A stretch of 43,171 nt of DNA. Origin: PVC group bacterium (GTDB taxonomy: Bacteria; Auribacterota; Erginobacteria; Erginobacterales; Erginobacteraceae). This document shows positions 30,746 to 40,290 of the stretch, piece after piece. Both the position numbers and the translations under genes were made by a program. The stretch is from contig JAZDIV010000023.1 of NCBI GenBank assembly GCA_043804695.1, positions 1 to 43,171 of the forward strand, in the 5' to 3' direction. The number at the start of each line of letters is the position of its first letter. The first letter of the stretch is position 1. The notes under the pieces were generated by a model. It was not told where the DNA came from and made no database searches. It saw nothing but the letters and a program-made list of their open reading frames with translations.

Positions 30746-31921
30746 ATAGGGGTGGGGAGGATCGGTTGTTTACCCGGTCCCCCCTCCCTCCGAACCGGAC
30801 GTGCGGATCTCCCGCATTCGGCTCTCCAGTGTCTTGAACTGTTTGAGACTTTTCTTGATTGGCCATCTGTAGCCTCGCTCAAAGTGATAGCCCAAGAAAT
30901 CGAATCCTCCTCTCTGCTCGACGTCTACAATTCGCGTCTTCTCAGGGTGTAGCTTCAGTCCAGCTTCTTTTACCCAGGCAGTTATCTGGTTGAGCGCCCG
31001 TCGGGCCTCTTCCTCACTGCGACACAAAATCACAAAGTCGTCGGCATACCGAATCATCTCAAAACCCAGCCTGGTCATTATATGATCAAGCGGATTGAGA
31101 TAGATATTTGCCAGCAAAGGGCTGATTACTGCTCCTTGCGGCGTCCCCTGACCCGGTCCCCAACCAGTAAGATCTGATAGAATACCTTGATTCAGAAAGG
31201 ATTCAATCAATGCCAGAACCCCTCCGTCGGCTATCTTGTCTCGCAGGCATTCCATCAGTCGATCATGCGGAATCATATCGAAGTAACTTCTGATGTCCGC
31301 ATCGACGACCCAGGTGTAACCGGCATGCAAAAGGTGACTCACCCTCCGCAACGCGTCCTTACACCCCCGGCCCGGACGAAACCCATAACTATGCTCCGAG
31401 AAACCTTGCTCGAAGATCGGCTCGACAACGTTCTTGACCGCACCCTGAACTATCCGATCCCGGATAGTTGGTATCCCTAAAGGGCGCTCTTCTTTCGACC
31501 CCGGCTTTCTTATTTGCTTTCGCCGGATTCCTTGGGGCTTATAGGTGTTGTCCCTCAGCCCTTTCTCCAGCCGATTCAGGTTCACATCCAGTTGCCGCTC
31601 GAATTGTTCAACCGTAACTCGATTGATGACGGCAGCTCCCCGGTTGCGTTTAGTCTTGCTCTTAATAATAACACGCTATCCCTCACCGCGACGGACGTTT
31701 CGACTCTTCTCTTGTGGTCGAAATCAGACTTCACCATTGGGGTGCAGGCTCGTCAACATGTCACGCCGAATCAGGTTCGTCATCCTACGGACTGGTTATT
31801 CGCCTCCAGTTGCTTCCCACCTTGCCTCACGGCAACGCAGTTACTTTCAGCTACGGGGCCGGAGAGCGTGTACCCCGAAGAGGACTTTCACCTCTCTGGT
31901 TCCTTGTGCTTTCAGGCGCAC
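30746..31921 (-). mobile_element. Internally deleted group II intron (AGC-triad domain V, not IIC)
   Basis: 5' GTGCG at 31921. Domain I motifs (GGTGAAAGTCC, AACTGCGTTGCCGTGAGGCAAGG). Domain V GAGCCGAATGCGGGAGATCCGCACGTCCGGTTC. Domain VI ends CCCCTAT at 30746. Confidence 0.92.
30770..31655 (-). pseudogene. ltrA: Group II intron reverse transcriptase, N-terminus and maturase/thumb domain deleted
   Basis: RT0 remnant NRGAAVINRVT, RPLGIPTIRDR, SYGFRPG, GTPQGAVISPLLANIYL, RYADD, FDFLGY. The frame runs into domain V about 18 codons after FDFLGY. Confidence 0.9.
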
Positions 31922-32083
31922 ACCCCCATGACCTTGGTCATGGGTGAATCAGTTCACCAGCTAAAACCTGTCCTCTCCCTCTCCCCCCTCACCCTTTCCC
32001 CTCCCCCAGTCTCCGCCCCGATTGCTTCAATCGGGGCGAAGCAAGGGGGGTAAGGATAGCCCGGGCTCTCTGTCAGCAGTCGA

Positions 32084-32274
32084 GAGGCTGCCCGATAATT
32101 TGGATTTTAGGCATTTTAGAGGTCATTGCGAGGAGCGCAGCGACGAAGCAATCTCATCATTTTGGATAAGAGGTGGTTATGAATGAGAAAATAGATTGCT
32201 TCGCCCCCGAGCTTGTACTGAGCGTAGTCGAAGTGGGGCTCACAATGACATTTCAGGGTTTACCGGACAGCCTC
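32084..32274. mobile_element. 191-bp MITE (IS1182-like ends), copy 2, inverted relative to 12223-12389
   Basis: TIRs GAGGCTGCCCG/CGGACAGCCTC and 4-bp TSD TCGA (32080-83, 32275-78). 24 bp longer than copy 1 because of an insert containing CTGAGCGTAGTCGAAG. Confidence 0.85.
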
Positions 32275-32556
32275 TCGAGGCTTGACCCTGCGCTTTTCCT
32301 GTGAAAATGTGCCACAGCCTGCCCCGTGGCGGAGCCATACGGGGTGGCACATTTAGATACGATTTCGGGGCCCCAGGCGTCTGAGGGGGCGTTTTTGTCA
32401 GGTAGTTTGGTGAAAATGGGGCCTGATTTTCTCGCTTTAGACGCGTTTTTCAGCCCCGGTGATTTGGCTGGGGCAGTTTCGGTTTTTCCGAAATGAGACG
32501 AATAATTAGGTATCGTGTCCCCGGAATTCACCGGAATTCACGATGCTTTTTCTGAA

Positions 32557-33087
32557 TTATTCCTCTCTTGTCTGGAAGCCGATTTTTCTGCGGGGCGGAT
32601 CGGGGGGTGTCATGAGCTGACGGATGGCTTCAAATACTACCCGGAACTGTGAGTCATATTTTTTCTCCATCTCTTTCAGTTTACGAGCCAGATCATCATA
32701 CGAAATAAGCATTTTCCGCATCCGTATAAACGCCTCGATGACCTGAATACTGATAGAAATTGCCTGCTGGCTTCTCAAAACATTTGCTGACATCAGGGCT
32801 CCGTGTTCGGTGAAAGCATATGGTAGATATTTTAAATGCTGACCACGTTTTAAGGTCACATTTTGTGACCTTAAAGAAAACAGCTCTTTGGCTTCTTTTT
32901 TCGTAAGCTTAAACATGAATGAATCAGGGAAACGTTCGTTATTCCGTTTTACGGCTTGATTTAACACCTTTGTCTGAACCCCGTAAAGAGCAGCCAGATC
33001 AGTATCTATGATTACCTTCGTTCCCCGTATAGTAAAGATCAGGTTCATAATACGTTCAGACAAGATCATGGATTCCTTTTTATTCAT
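32557..33087 (-). CDS. ORF6N-domain DNA-binding protein
   Basis: IRGTKVIIDTDLAALYGV.TK.LNQAVKRN.ERFP.SFMFKL, PYAFTEHGALM, C-terminal RRKIGF. Low GC. Confidence 0.92.
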   Translation of the reverse strand: MNKKESMILSERIMNLIFTIRGTKVIIDTDLAALYGVQTKVLNQAVKRNNERFPDSFMFKLTKKEAKELFSLRSQNVTLKRGQHLKYLPYAFTEHGALMSANVLRSQQAISISIQVIEAFIRMRKMLISYDDLARKLKEMEKKYDSQFRVVFEAIRQLMTPPDPPRRKIGFQTREE

Positions 33088-33598
33088 GTTTTTTCTCCAT
33101 TTAGTAGGCCGTGATCGGTTTTGTTATTCATATATTATTAGTCGGGGAATTGGGTCCAGCTCAATTGTCTTATCAGCGCTGAGACAATCCGCTTATCAGG
33201 CTCATCTAATCAGTCGGAAAAGAGGGGGTTTTTATTCCCGGAAAAACAAATAATCGCGAAGATTTTTAAAATCGGGGAGAGGGAGATGAACAACGAGATC
33301 GGGGTATTTTCAGGGATTGGCAAGGATCATTGATACCGACGTTGAGAGCGGATAATACGGGATAGGAGGAGGGGGATAGAAAGTTGAAATATTTGCTCCG
33401 TCCCGTTGTTCCTTGTCTGATCATCTCTCTTCGTCAGGATCTCTCTGGCCACTTTCTCGCTTTCGCGCGCCTGTCCGCCTCTGGAGGAAAAGCAAGAAAG
33501 TAAAAAAAGGGGGGACAGGTGCTGTTCTAAGCGCTTGCCAAAGTTTTAATTGAATTAATCTGCCGGGCCGGCGTTGGTGCGGATTGTTTTTTAATCAG

Positions 33599-33735
33599 CT
33601 ACAGGTAATCCGGCAGATTCTCTCTGATCTGGGTGCCGGTGAAACGGAGGACCGACCAGCCCTGGCCGGCGAGTTCATTGTTTATTTCCCGGGCCCGGGA
33701 AATAAAAGGCCAGATAGCGGATAGTCCTGACGAGT
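33599..33735 (-). pseudogene. Internally deleted DUF559 (Vsr-like) endonuclease remnant
   Basis: RTIRYLAFYFP joined through a 26-bp perfect palindrome to NNELAGQGWSVLRFTGTQI, a DUF559-type C-terminal motif. Confidence 0.6.
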
Positions 33736-33800
33736 GATTTTTCAACTGTCAAGATGAAAGATCTGTTCACCAGTGGGTTCCCTACCGGACATATCTTCCT

Positions 33801-33844
33801 GCTGGAATATACAAACAGAACTTCGGTATAATCAATCGTTGGAC
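33801..33844 (+). other. attI-like recombination site C
   Basis: GCTGGAATATACAAACAGAACTTCG-GTATAAT-CAATC-GTTGGAC (7-bp L box, 5-bp spacer, GTT R box). The 16-mer AGAACTTCGGTATAAT is identical to site A. Followed by RBS and ATG. Confidence 0.65.
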
Positions 33845-33862
33845 CGCGGAAAGGAGAGCTAA

Positions 33863-34290
33863 ATGCAAGAGTTATCCCTTCTCTCACAGATCAGCATGTA
33901 CGTGCTGTTGGCATTGATGGGTCTGTTCGCCCTGCTCCTATGGGGCTGTCAGGTGATGATCCTCCGGGGCAAGGCGTTCAACAATCCTGATGGCTCGACC
34001 GATGACTGGCACGAGCAGAAGACTCACTACGGCATTGCCGTCGCCGATGTCTTTGTGGCTTGTCCGGCCAACATAATCGGAATCGTGCTCGTGTTTGTTT
34101 ATCCACGCTGGGGATATTATCTGCTCGCCCTGGTTAGTTTTTGGTGGGTCTGGGCTAACGTGATGACCACGGCAACCAGTCTTCGATTCTACAAGCCGAG
34201 GATCAACCCTCTGATGTGATTCATCGGATATCCCTTCGGGGGGCTGCTGGGGCTGGCGTACATTGCGTGGACAGTCGTTATTAGTCAGTC
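33863..34290 (+). pseudogene. Membrane-protein gene cassette with a premature TGA at 34217
   Basis: AGGAG RBS and several TM helices. The hydrophobic frame continues past TGA (FIGYPFGGLLGLAYIAWTVV). A REP pair follows at 34311-34413. Confidence 0.7.
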
Positions 34291-34515
34291 CATAATTGTA
34301 TGGACATGTCCATTGCGAGGAGCGAAGCGACGAAGCAATCTCAACTCTATGCACAGCAAGAGATTGCTTCCCGCCACGCTTTGCTCGCGGCTTCGGCTGG
34401 CGCTCGCAATGACCGCAATCGTTGATGTAAATACTACAACGGTCGGATTAACAACTTTGACATCATTTACTTCCCGTGACGCTTTACGGGCGGACCGGGG
34501 CGGCGGGGGGCGCCC

Positions 34516-34572
34516 GCCCAACCCCCGCTGGAGCCTTCGCCGGTCCCGTCGAGGCTCAGCGCCACGTTCGGA
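34516..34572 (+). other. attC site
   Basis: R'' GCCCAAC, L'' CGCTG(G)AGCC pairing with L' GGCTCAGCG leaving one extrahelical base, R' GTTCGGA. Confidence 0.8.
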
Positions 34573-34617
34573 GCAAGGCAAAATTCAGCGTGCGCGCACA
34601 GGAAAGGAGATGAACGA

Positions 34618-35379
34618 ATGAAAATCCTTGTATTGAACGGCACCTATCGTCCCGATGGAACGACCACCGAACTCGCCCGGTCATTCATGGAAGGAGCCAG
34701 GGCCGGCGGCGCGGAAGTTGATATGATTATGCTCCGTGATCGAACCATCGGATACTGCACCAACTGCCTTACATGTTATAGTTTTACAGGTGAAGGCATA
34801 TCTCCCTGCAGCCTGAAAGACGATATGGATGAGATCATCAACCGAATCGTTGAAGCGGACGGCGTCCTTTTCGCCTCTCCGGTACATAATGGGTTTGTGA
34901 CCGGCTTGATGACGGTCTTCTGGGAGCGTCTGTCCTGGCGGGTGGGACGTCCGGGAGGTCCGCTCTTCAAGTGCATGAGCATCAAATCGCGCGTTCATCA
35001 CAAAACTCGGGCACTGGGCGCGATCTCCAGCGTCGGCGGTATGCCCGCACGGTTAAGAAAGTTTTGCGATGACGGGACGCCCTGGCTGAAAAGCAATTCC
35101 CGTTTGATGCTTCACGGGCAATGGATCGGGGACATTTACGCCGGCGCGGATCTCGAACACATGCCGGAGAGCAAACAGGATTGGCAAAGGCTTTTCTTTT
35201 TGCGGCGTTTAAGCGCACGGCAGCGGCGGCAAGCATATGCACTGGGCGTGAAAATGGTCCAGGCCATCCAATCCGGTCGCCTGAGCCCCTTCACGATGGA
35301 GAAAATGCTCCACCCGGCAGTACGATGGGTTATGGAACTCATTTTTACCATCAGCCACCCCTATCGAGTCGCCGGGTAA
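34618..35379 (+). CDS. Flavodoxin-family / NADPH-dependent FMN reductase-like protein (gene cassette)
   Basis: MKILVLNGTYRPDGTT, CTNCLTC...CSLKDDM (Isf-like Cys cluster), ADGVLFASPVH. AAGGAG RBS. Confidence 0.88.
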   Translation: MKILVLNGTYRPDGTTTELARSFMEGARAGGAEVDMIMLRDRTIGYCTNCLTCYSFTGEGISPCSLKDDMDEIINRIVEADGVLFASPVHNGFVTGLMTVFWERLSWRVGRPGGPLFKCMSIKSRVHHKTRALGAISSVGGMPARLRKFCDDGTPWLKSNSRLMLHGQWIGDIYAGADLEHMPESKQDWQRLFFLRRLSARQRRQAYALGVKMVQAIQSGRLSPFTMEKMLHPAVRWVMELIFTISHPYRVAG

Positions 35380-35394
35380 CACGGCAAATAGTGG

Positions 35395-35415
35395 TGCGAA
35401 CCAGGGGCTGGAGCT
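35395..35415 (+). other. Truncated attC (R'' and L'' half only)
   Basis: TGCGAAC-CAGGG-GCTGGAGC just after the stop codon. R'' is complementary to the cassette's GTTCGGA at 6/7. Right half absent. Confidence 0.55.
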
Positions 35416-35467
35416 CCTCTGGGAGTATTTATCCCGTCAGAGAATTACGAATCAGCGATTGATGAAA

Positions 35468-35911
35468 TCAATCAGCGAAAAATCGCGCCGCGGTGGGGGC
35501 GCTCAAGATCATGACCTGGGCCCGGTTGAATTGCTTGCGAAACGCCTCGATTATCTCCTGCACCGCCTTGTCGACGGCCGGGTCTTTGGGGTGTACCACG
35601 GCGACCACCCAGGTGGACTGCCGTTCAATCCGGCCGTCTTCATGGGCCATCTGGCCATAGGCATCATAAACGGTCAAGCCTTTGGGGAAACGGGGCGTGA
35701 TCACCGTGTCCATAAACTCCTCCCATGCCCCCCGGGAAATCTCCTGGCCGCCCGGGATGTCGCGGCCGAAATAAATCTCGGTTTTAATCCATTCCGGAGC
35801 GGCGGCCGGCCCGGCGGCGGGTTTTTCCGCCGCCCGGCACAATTCCGCCGCGCCGCCGATCAGTCCGGCCATGAGTCCGGCGGCGATGAATGACCAAGTC
35901 CATCTTTTCAT
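35468..35911 (-). CDS. DUF3574-family secreted protein
   Basis: Signal peptide, TEIYFGR, WEEFMDTVITPRFPKGLTVYDAYGQ, FRKQF. GGAGG RBS. Confidence 0.85.
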   Translation of the reverse strand: MKRWTWSFIAAGLMAGLIGGAAELCRAAEKPAAGPAAAPEWIKTEIYFGRDIPGGQEISRGAWEEFMDTVITPRFPKGLTVYDAYGQMAHEDGRIERQSTWVVAVVHPKDPAVDKAVQEIIEAFRKQFNRAQVMILSAPTAARFFAD

Positions 35912-36046
35912 GGAATCCTCCTTTCCCCTGAACGGGGCGCGGCCCGCAGAGTGACCACACACACATATATATTGCCTTCCGGCAGGCGGATCCGACCCGG
36001 GATTGGGAATTCTACTTCTCCCGCTCGCGGTTCTCCTCTTTTTTCA

Positions 36047-36685
36047 TCAGCTCGTCAATTTTCTTTTTCTCCCACTCCTCGCCCAGAAATTTACCCCGAA
36101 TGGTAAAAACTCGGACAGCGTGAATCTCGATCCTTTCCGGCTCAGGTAATTACTAACCTTCCTGCTCCGGGATATTTTACACAGCAGATCGGAGATGATC
36201 GGCACCCTCCCCCAACTGGCTGTTCCCTCAAGCAGGGAAACCGCGAATTTTCCCGCTTTTTTCAGCCCGAATTCCTTTTTCCTCTCATTCTTTTCATGAT
36301 TAATTTTGCCGGGGAGAAAGTTATTGGGCATAACGATCTCTTTCGCCCCCAGCGGCCGATACCCTTTTCCGGTTAAAAGCTTCCTCAAGGGACCCACTAT
36401 CCCGCCGGAAAAGGCGGCCAGGGTATCGACCATGAAGACTCCGGTTGACTGGGCGGGGGGTAATTGTTCAATAAATTCCCAGACCAGCGGATAAGTGGAT
36501 TGTGCCGCCACCGGGAAGGCTAGGCCGATGGTGCGGGCGGTATTAATCCGGGCGGGATCACTCTTCTCTATTTTTAAAAGCCGGGTGGCGGCCCCATTCT
36601 CCCGAAAAACGTCTGCCATCTTTTTTACCACCAGAAGAGTGTTGCCGGTCCCTGAGAAATAGTAAATGTCGATATCCTTGATCAT
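36047..36685 (-). pseudogene. EFR1-family flavodoxin-ferredoxin, C-terminal 4Fe-4S domain missing
   Basis: IYYFSGTGNT, IGLAFPV, MPNNF. After GSRFTL the expected CxxCxxC..CP domain is replaced by unrelated sequence. Confidence 0.75.
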
Positions 36686-36708
36686 TGTGTTTCAGCTGTC
36701 TTTTTAAT

Positions 36709-36798
36709 GATGTGATACCAGCGCTCTTTACGGATAATCGGCCAGAGCTCCTTCCGGGGAACGATCCCTACCAGCGCCGGGTTATCGCCTTGTTTCAT
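36709..36798 (-). pseudogene. N-terminal fragment of a DUF559-type nuclease gene (72-bp direct repeat with 37943-38014)
   Basis: MKQGDNPALVGIVPRKELWPIIRKERWYHI. 69/72 nt identical to the second copy. Confidence 0.65.
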
Positions 36799-36935
36799 GG
36801 TTCTGAAGTATTACTTTCGGGTCAACGATTTTGTAATTTTCCTGGATGGCTAATAATGCTTCTTTGGTAATGATGCAAGTGATTTTAAACTGTCAAGAGG
36901 AAAGATCCTCATTTCATGCATTTCACTTTTCCATT

Positions 36936-37784
36936 TCACTGATTTTTCTTGAGGGCATATTTTACCGCTGCTTCTGCGTGTATCTTAGTGGTGTCAAAAA
37001 CCGGTACACTTACGTCTTCCTGCTTAACCAACAACGGGATTTCGGTGCATCCCAGGATCACTCCTTCCGCGCCCTCCTCATTCACAAGACGATTAATAAT
37101 CTGAACATACCCTTCTTTTGATTTATCGTAAAACTTTCCGGCGCATAATTCATCAAAGATAACCGCATTGATGTAATCCCGTTCGGCTTCATTGGGGACA
37201 ACTACTTTTAGCCCGAATTTTTTCTCTAATCGGTCCCGGTAAAAATCCTGCTCCATGGTGTACTTCGTACCCAGCAGCGCGATAGTCTTTATCCCACTAT
37301 TATTCACTGCTTCGGCGGTTGCGTCGGCGATGTGAATAACCGGGATCTTAACATTTTCCGCAATAATATCGGCAGTTGAGTTCATGGTATTAGAGCATAT
37401 TATGATAAAATCCGCGCCTCCCCGCTGGAGCCTCTGTGCGGCGTCAATCATCGTTTCTCTTAAAGGCCCCCAGTTTCCCTGATCTGCCAGCCGCTCCTGT
37501 TTTGAAAAATCACCGAATTCAATGGAAAACATCAGAATCTTGGCGGAATGCAATCCGCCAAGTTCATCCATGACCATCTCGTTCATTAAGCGGTAATATT
37601 CTGCTGTTGACACCCAGCTTACCCCTCCGATTACGCCGATGGTTTTCATCTGCGGCTCTGCCGCGCTAACCGCGCTTATATCATCCTTTTCTATATCCGC
37701 AGGATGAGGGGCTGCGCATCCGCTTAGCGCAATCAGTGCCAAAAACACAGCTGTGAAACAAAATAACCCAAACCTTTTTTTCAT
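36936..37784 (-). CDS. Asp/Glu racemase family (YgeA/RacX-like) protein with lipoprotein signal
   Basis: KTIGVIGGVSW.ST, GGLHSA, ICSNTMN, LLGTKYTM, ILGCTEIPLL, FDTT.IHA. N-terminal MKKR, hydrophobic stretch, LSGC. AAAGGAG RBS. Confidence 0.9.
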   Translation of the reverse strand: MKKRFGLFCFTAVFLALIALSGCAAPHPADIEKDDISAVSAAEPQMKTIGVIGGVSWVSTAEYYRLMNEMVMDELGGLHSAKILMFSIEFGDFSKQERLADQGNWGPLRETMIDAAQRLQRGGADFIIICSNTMNSTADIIAENVKIPVIHIADATAEAVNNSGIKTIALLGTKYTMEQDFYRDRLEKKFGLKVVVPNEAERDYINAVIFDELCAGKFYDKSKEGYVQIINRLVNEEGAEGVILGCTEIPLLVKQEDVSVPVFDTTKIHAEAAVKYALKKNQ

Positions 37785-37854
37785 CTTTTCTCCTTTCTGC
37801 TTATAATTGTATAATTGACCATATCCAATATCTCTTACCTCTTCAAATAATGCC

Positions 37855-38023
37855 ATGCCGGATTATCAAAATCAAAGACGGCCGGGAAATACCAGGCCGG
37901 ATAGCGGATAGTCTTGATGGTGCGGGGAGCGGAGGCAACCGGGATGTGATATCAGCGCTCTTTACGGATAATCGACCACAGCTCCTTCCGGGGAACGATC
38001 CCTACCAGCGCCGGTTTGTCCAT
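37855..38023 (-). pseudogene. Second, longer N-terminal fragment of the DUF559-type nuclease gene with an in-frame stop
   Basis: MDKPALVGIVPRKELWSIIRKER*YHIPVASAPRTIKTIRYPAWYFPAVF. Confidence 0.65.
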
Positions 38024-38295
38024 GAGTTTTTGCTGATTTTGGGCGCGGAGTGGCTGTAAGTTATTGCTGTTTACTACATTCCACTAAAGTGGTGCATGAT
38101 GCACCACTTTCCATTTAAGCGTTTCGATCGGTTGAATTCAGGTTTGGTTTTCTTAGAAGCCCGGTTTTGAGGCCAAAATTTTACCCCGCGATGAACAAAG
38201 TTCATTTTACGGGGTGGGGTTTTAAGTCCTATTATGGGGGGGGTATTTTTAGATAACTTATTAATATTCAATTTGTTGGGTAGGTCCGACCCAGT

Positions 38296-38952
38296 TTATT
38301 CATCCGGACAGCTCTCGATCACCTGCACCACGTTGGGAAGCGCCCGATCCTCATGATTATCCGGGAAGACCTCCCTTAATCCCCCGGGCCGGTCGAGGAC
38401 GAGGACGCTGGAGAAGCCACCGTCCAGGTTGATTGCGTCGGAGATGTCCGGGAAGTGCTCCCGGAGAAAGTCCGCCGCCTCGGCGAAGGACATGCCGAAG
38501 GCGTGGATCGGGTCCCTCCCCTTAATGATCACCAGGTAGACGAAGCGTCCCTCTCCGTCCGTTCCCACAATCGTCCGCGGGTGGCGCTCGGCGATGATCT
38601 GGAAATCAAGACTCTCTTCCAGATAGGCGTTCTTCCCCTTTTCGATGAGGGGCCAGGCATAATAGGGCCAGGAGAGGAGGGCACAGCGCACCCCGGAGGG
38701 GGCCTTTGCTCCCACCTCCTCTTTCTTGAGATACATCTCCCGCACAAAGGCCCTCCTTTCCCCGGAGTTCTCCTCTATTCCGAAGCAGAACTGGGACCAG
38801 TCGTGGATAAGCAGGTGGGCCGGATCGGCGAAGGAGCGCACCATACCGGCACTGATGTAGCCGGAGACGTTGCCGTTGACGGTGACCAGACAGCGGGCAG
38901 AAGGAGCGAGCGCTTCATTTCTCATGCGGTGGTAGGTAATCGCCGTGAGCAT
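38296..38952 (-). CDS. Phosphodiester glycosidase (NAGPA-like) domain protein, possibly 5'-truncated
   Basis: RHPRTIVG, LVIIKGR, GMSFAEAADFL, AINLDGGFSS. Confidence 0.75.
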   Translation of the reverse strand: MLTAITYHRMRNEALAPSARCLVTVNGNVSGYISAGMVRSFADPAHLLIHDWSQFCFGIEENSGERRAFVREMYLKKEEVGAKAPSGVRCALLSWPYYAWPLIEKGKNAYLEESLDFQIIAERHPRTIVGTDGEGRFVYLVIIKGRDPIHAFGMSFAEAADFLREHFPDISDAINLDGGFSSVLVLDRPGGLREVFPDNHEDRALPNVVQVIESCPDE

Positions 38953-39083
38953 CCCCTCCTTAACAAATAACGCATAGCGTGTTTTGTTAAATAAGGAGAC
39001 CCGGCGACGGGCGGAATGGCTGGTTTTGAAAAGCGAACAAAGAGGAAGTTAAAAAGTCAAGGCCGTCCCCCTATCCCTTATTC

Positions 39084-39555
39084 CTACAAGATACTGATGA
39101 TATATTTGATAAGCTTGACCAGACCATATATGAATAAGGCGATCGCTCCAATATATATCCACCCTACCATACGTCCTTCCCTTGAATGCCTGTGCTGGTT
39201 CAGCCAATTCGCTGTTCCCCCTTTTCGGCGATAAAGGGATTTCCTTTTTTTCCTTTTCTTCTTTGGAGGCTTACGTACCTGAGGAGTAACAGGATGATAA
39301 TCTGTCCTGGGCTTTTCGATTTTTCGTGGGGTCGTTGTAATTTTCGGCTTACTTGATCTGCGTTTTGGGCGGTCTTTTATCGGGGAAGTGGAAGATCTTA
39401 CAGATGCTTTACCAACATCCCTGATCGGTTTTATTACCGGAGCTTCTTTTGCTGGAAGAACAGCGCTACTTTTATCCTGTCTTTTAATTTCTGTTACGGG
39501 CTTTTTATTGAGAGGAGACGCGGATGAACCGCAAGTCACGCGGCGTGTAGCTCAT
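39084..39555 (-). pseudogene. Degenerate cassette gene (Lys/Pro-rich region and C-terminal TM helix)
   Basis: GTTCGGC-AGGAAGAAAA-ATG start at 39555 stops after 16 codons. The main frame 39084-39539 is shifted. No downstream attC seen. Confidence 0.55.
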
Positions 39556-39565
39556 TTTTCTTCCT

Positions 39566-39635
39566 GCCGAACGCCCCACCTAACGCGCAAATGAAGCGCG
39601 GCTTTTCACTTGTCGTGTTCAGGTGGTTGTTGGGG
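39566..39635 (-). other. attC site
   Basis: R'' CCCCAAC, L'' CCACCT(G)AAC pairing with L' GTTAGGTGG, R' GTTCGGC. GTCCCCAAC is the exact complement of the cassette 5' junction GTTGGGGAC at 40297. Confidence 0.88.
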
Positions 39636-40028
39636 ACAGATCAACTTCACAACCGGAAAGTAAGTGCTCAGTCGTTTTGTGTCACGAGTGAGAAGCGGGA
39701 TTCCTGCCGCTTCGGCGTGACCGCCAATGAAAAAGTCCGGAAGGATCGAAGTCTTGTTTCCTTTCCGGGTCTTGTAGAGTCCGAACGCTCTGGCCGCCCG
39801 GAAAAGACCTTGTCGGGGAATCTCCTGATAGGTCAGACCAAAGCGCCTGACCACATCATCGACAAACTCGATCGAAGGGCTACCGAAACACAGCTCTGCG
39901 TAGATTATGGGATTGATTATCAGCCCGGCATCGCGGTTGCTCTCAAGATGCGCAATGGACCACTCTGCCCACCGAGGATCATCTGTAAGGACATCAGCGA
40001 GCACGTTGGTGTCAACCAAAACGGGCAT
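39606..40028 (-). CDS. vapC: PIN-domain (VapC-type) toxin
   Basis: VLVDTNVLAD, IYAEL, LPDFFIGGHA, LLTRD. TGATG-coupled to the antitoxin. Confidence 0.9.
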   Translation of the reverse strand: MPVLVDTNVLADVLTDDPRWAEWSIAHLESNRDAGLIINPIIYAELCFGSPSIEFVDDVVRRFGLTYQEIPRQGLFRAARAFGLYKTRKGNKTSILPDFFIGGHAEAAGIPLLTRDTKRLSTYFPVVKLICPQQPPEHDK

Positions 40029-40252
40029 CAGTCGCCTCTGGTCTCGCGCATCCACTGTTGAGTCGTGAGTCTTCCCTTCAGAACGCCCCGCAAGGCCGAG
40101 AACCGCGCGTCTGTCCCCCGGTCCCGCTCCTGCTTGACCAAGACGACATTTCCGCCTGCAATGCGGAAATCCACTTCAGTGTGTGGCGCAATTCCCAGGT
40201 AGTCCCGGATGCGCGCCGGTATCGTAACCTGTCCTTTTGTCGTCACTTTCAT
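40028..40252 (-). CDS. AbrB/MazE/SpoVT-family antitoxin
   Basis: MKVTTKGQVTIPARIRDYLGI.P.TEVDF. Confidence 0.92.
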   Translation of the reverse strand: MKVTTKGQVTIPARIRDYLGIAPHTEVDFRIAGGNVVLVKQERDRGTDARFSALRGVLKGRLTTQQWMRETRGD

Positions 40253-40258
40253 GGTATT

Positions 40259-40288
40259 ACTATGCCACGTATTACTTTCTCGTGTCAA
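40259..40288 (-). promoter_or_regulatory. Cassette-internal sigma70 promoter of the TA operon, probably leaderless
   Basis: TTGACA-N18-CATAGT with an upstream TG, ending 6 nt before the ATG. Tandem AGTAATAC boxes are a possible operator. Confidence 0.6.
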
Positions 40289-40290
40289 GT

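Noticed and set aside
30105..31655. Diversity-generating retroelement (RT beside a duplicated gene 3' end as TR/VR)
   Set aside because: Mismatches between the DUF763 copies are not adenine-specific on either strand. The RT has YADD and lies within group II intron termini and domain V.
34217..37954. TGA recoded as Trp (in-frame TGA at Trp-like positions 34217 and about 37952)
   Set aside because: Core genes (ispA, gatA, pdxA, hypB) end in TGA, and the paralogous fragment has TGG. These are simple nonsense mutations.
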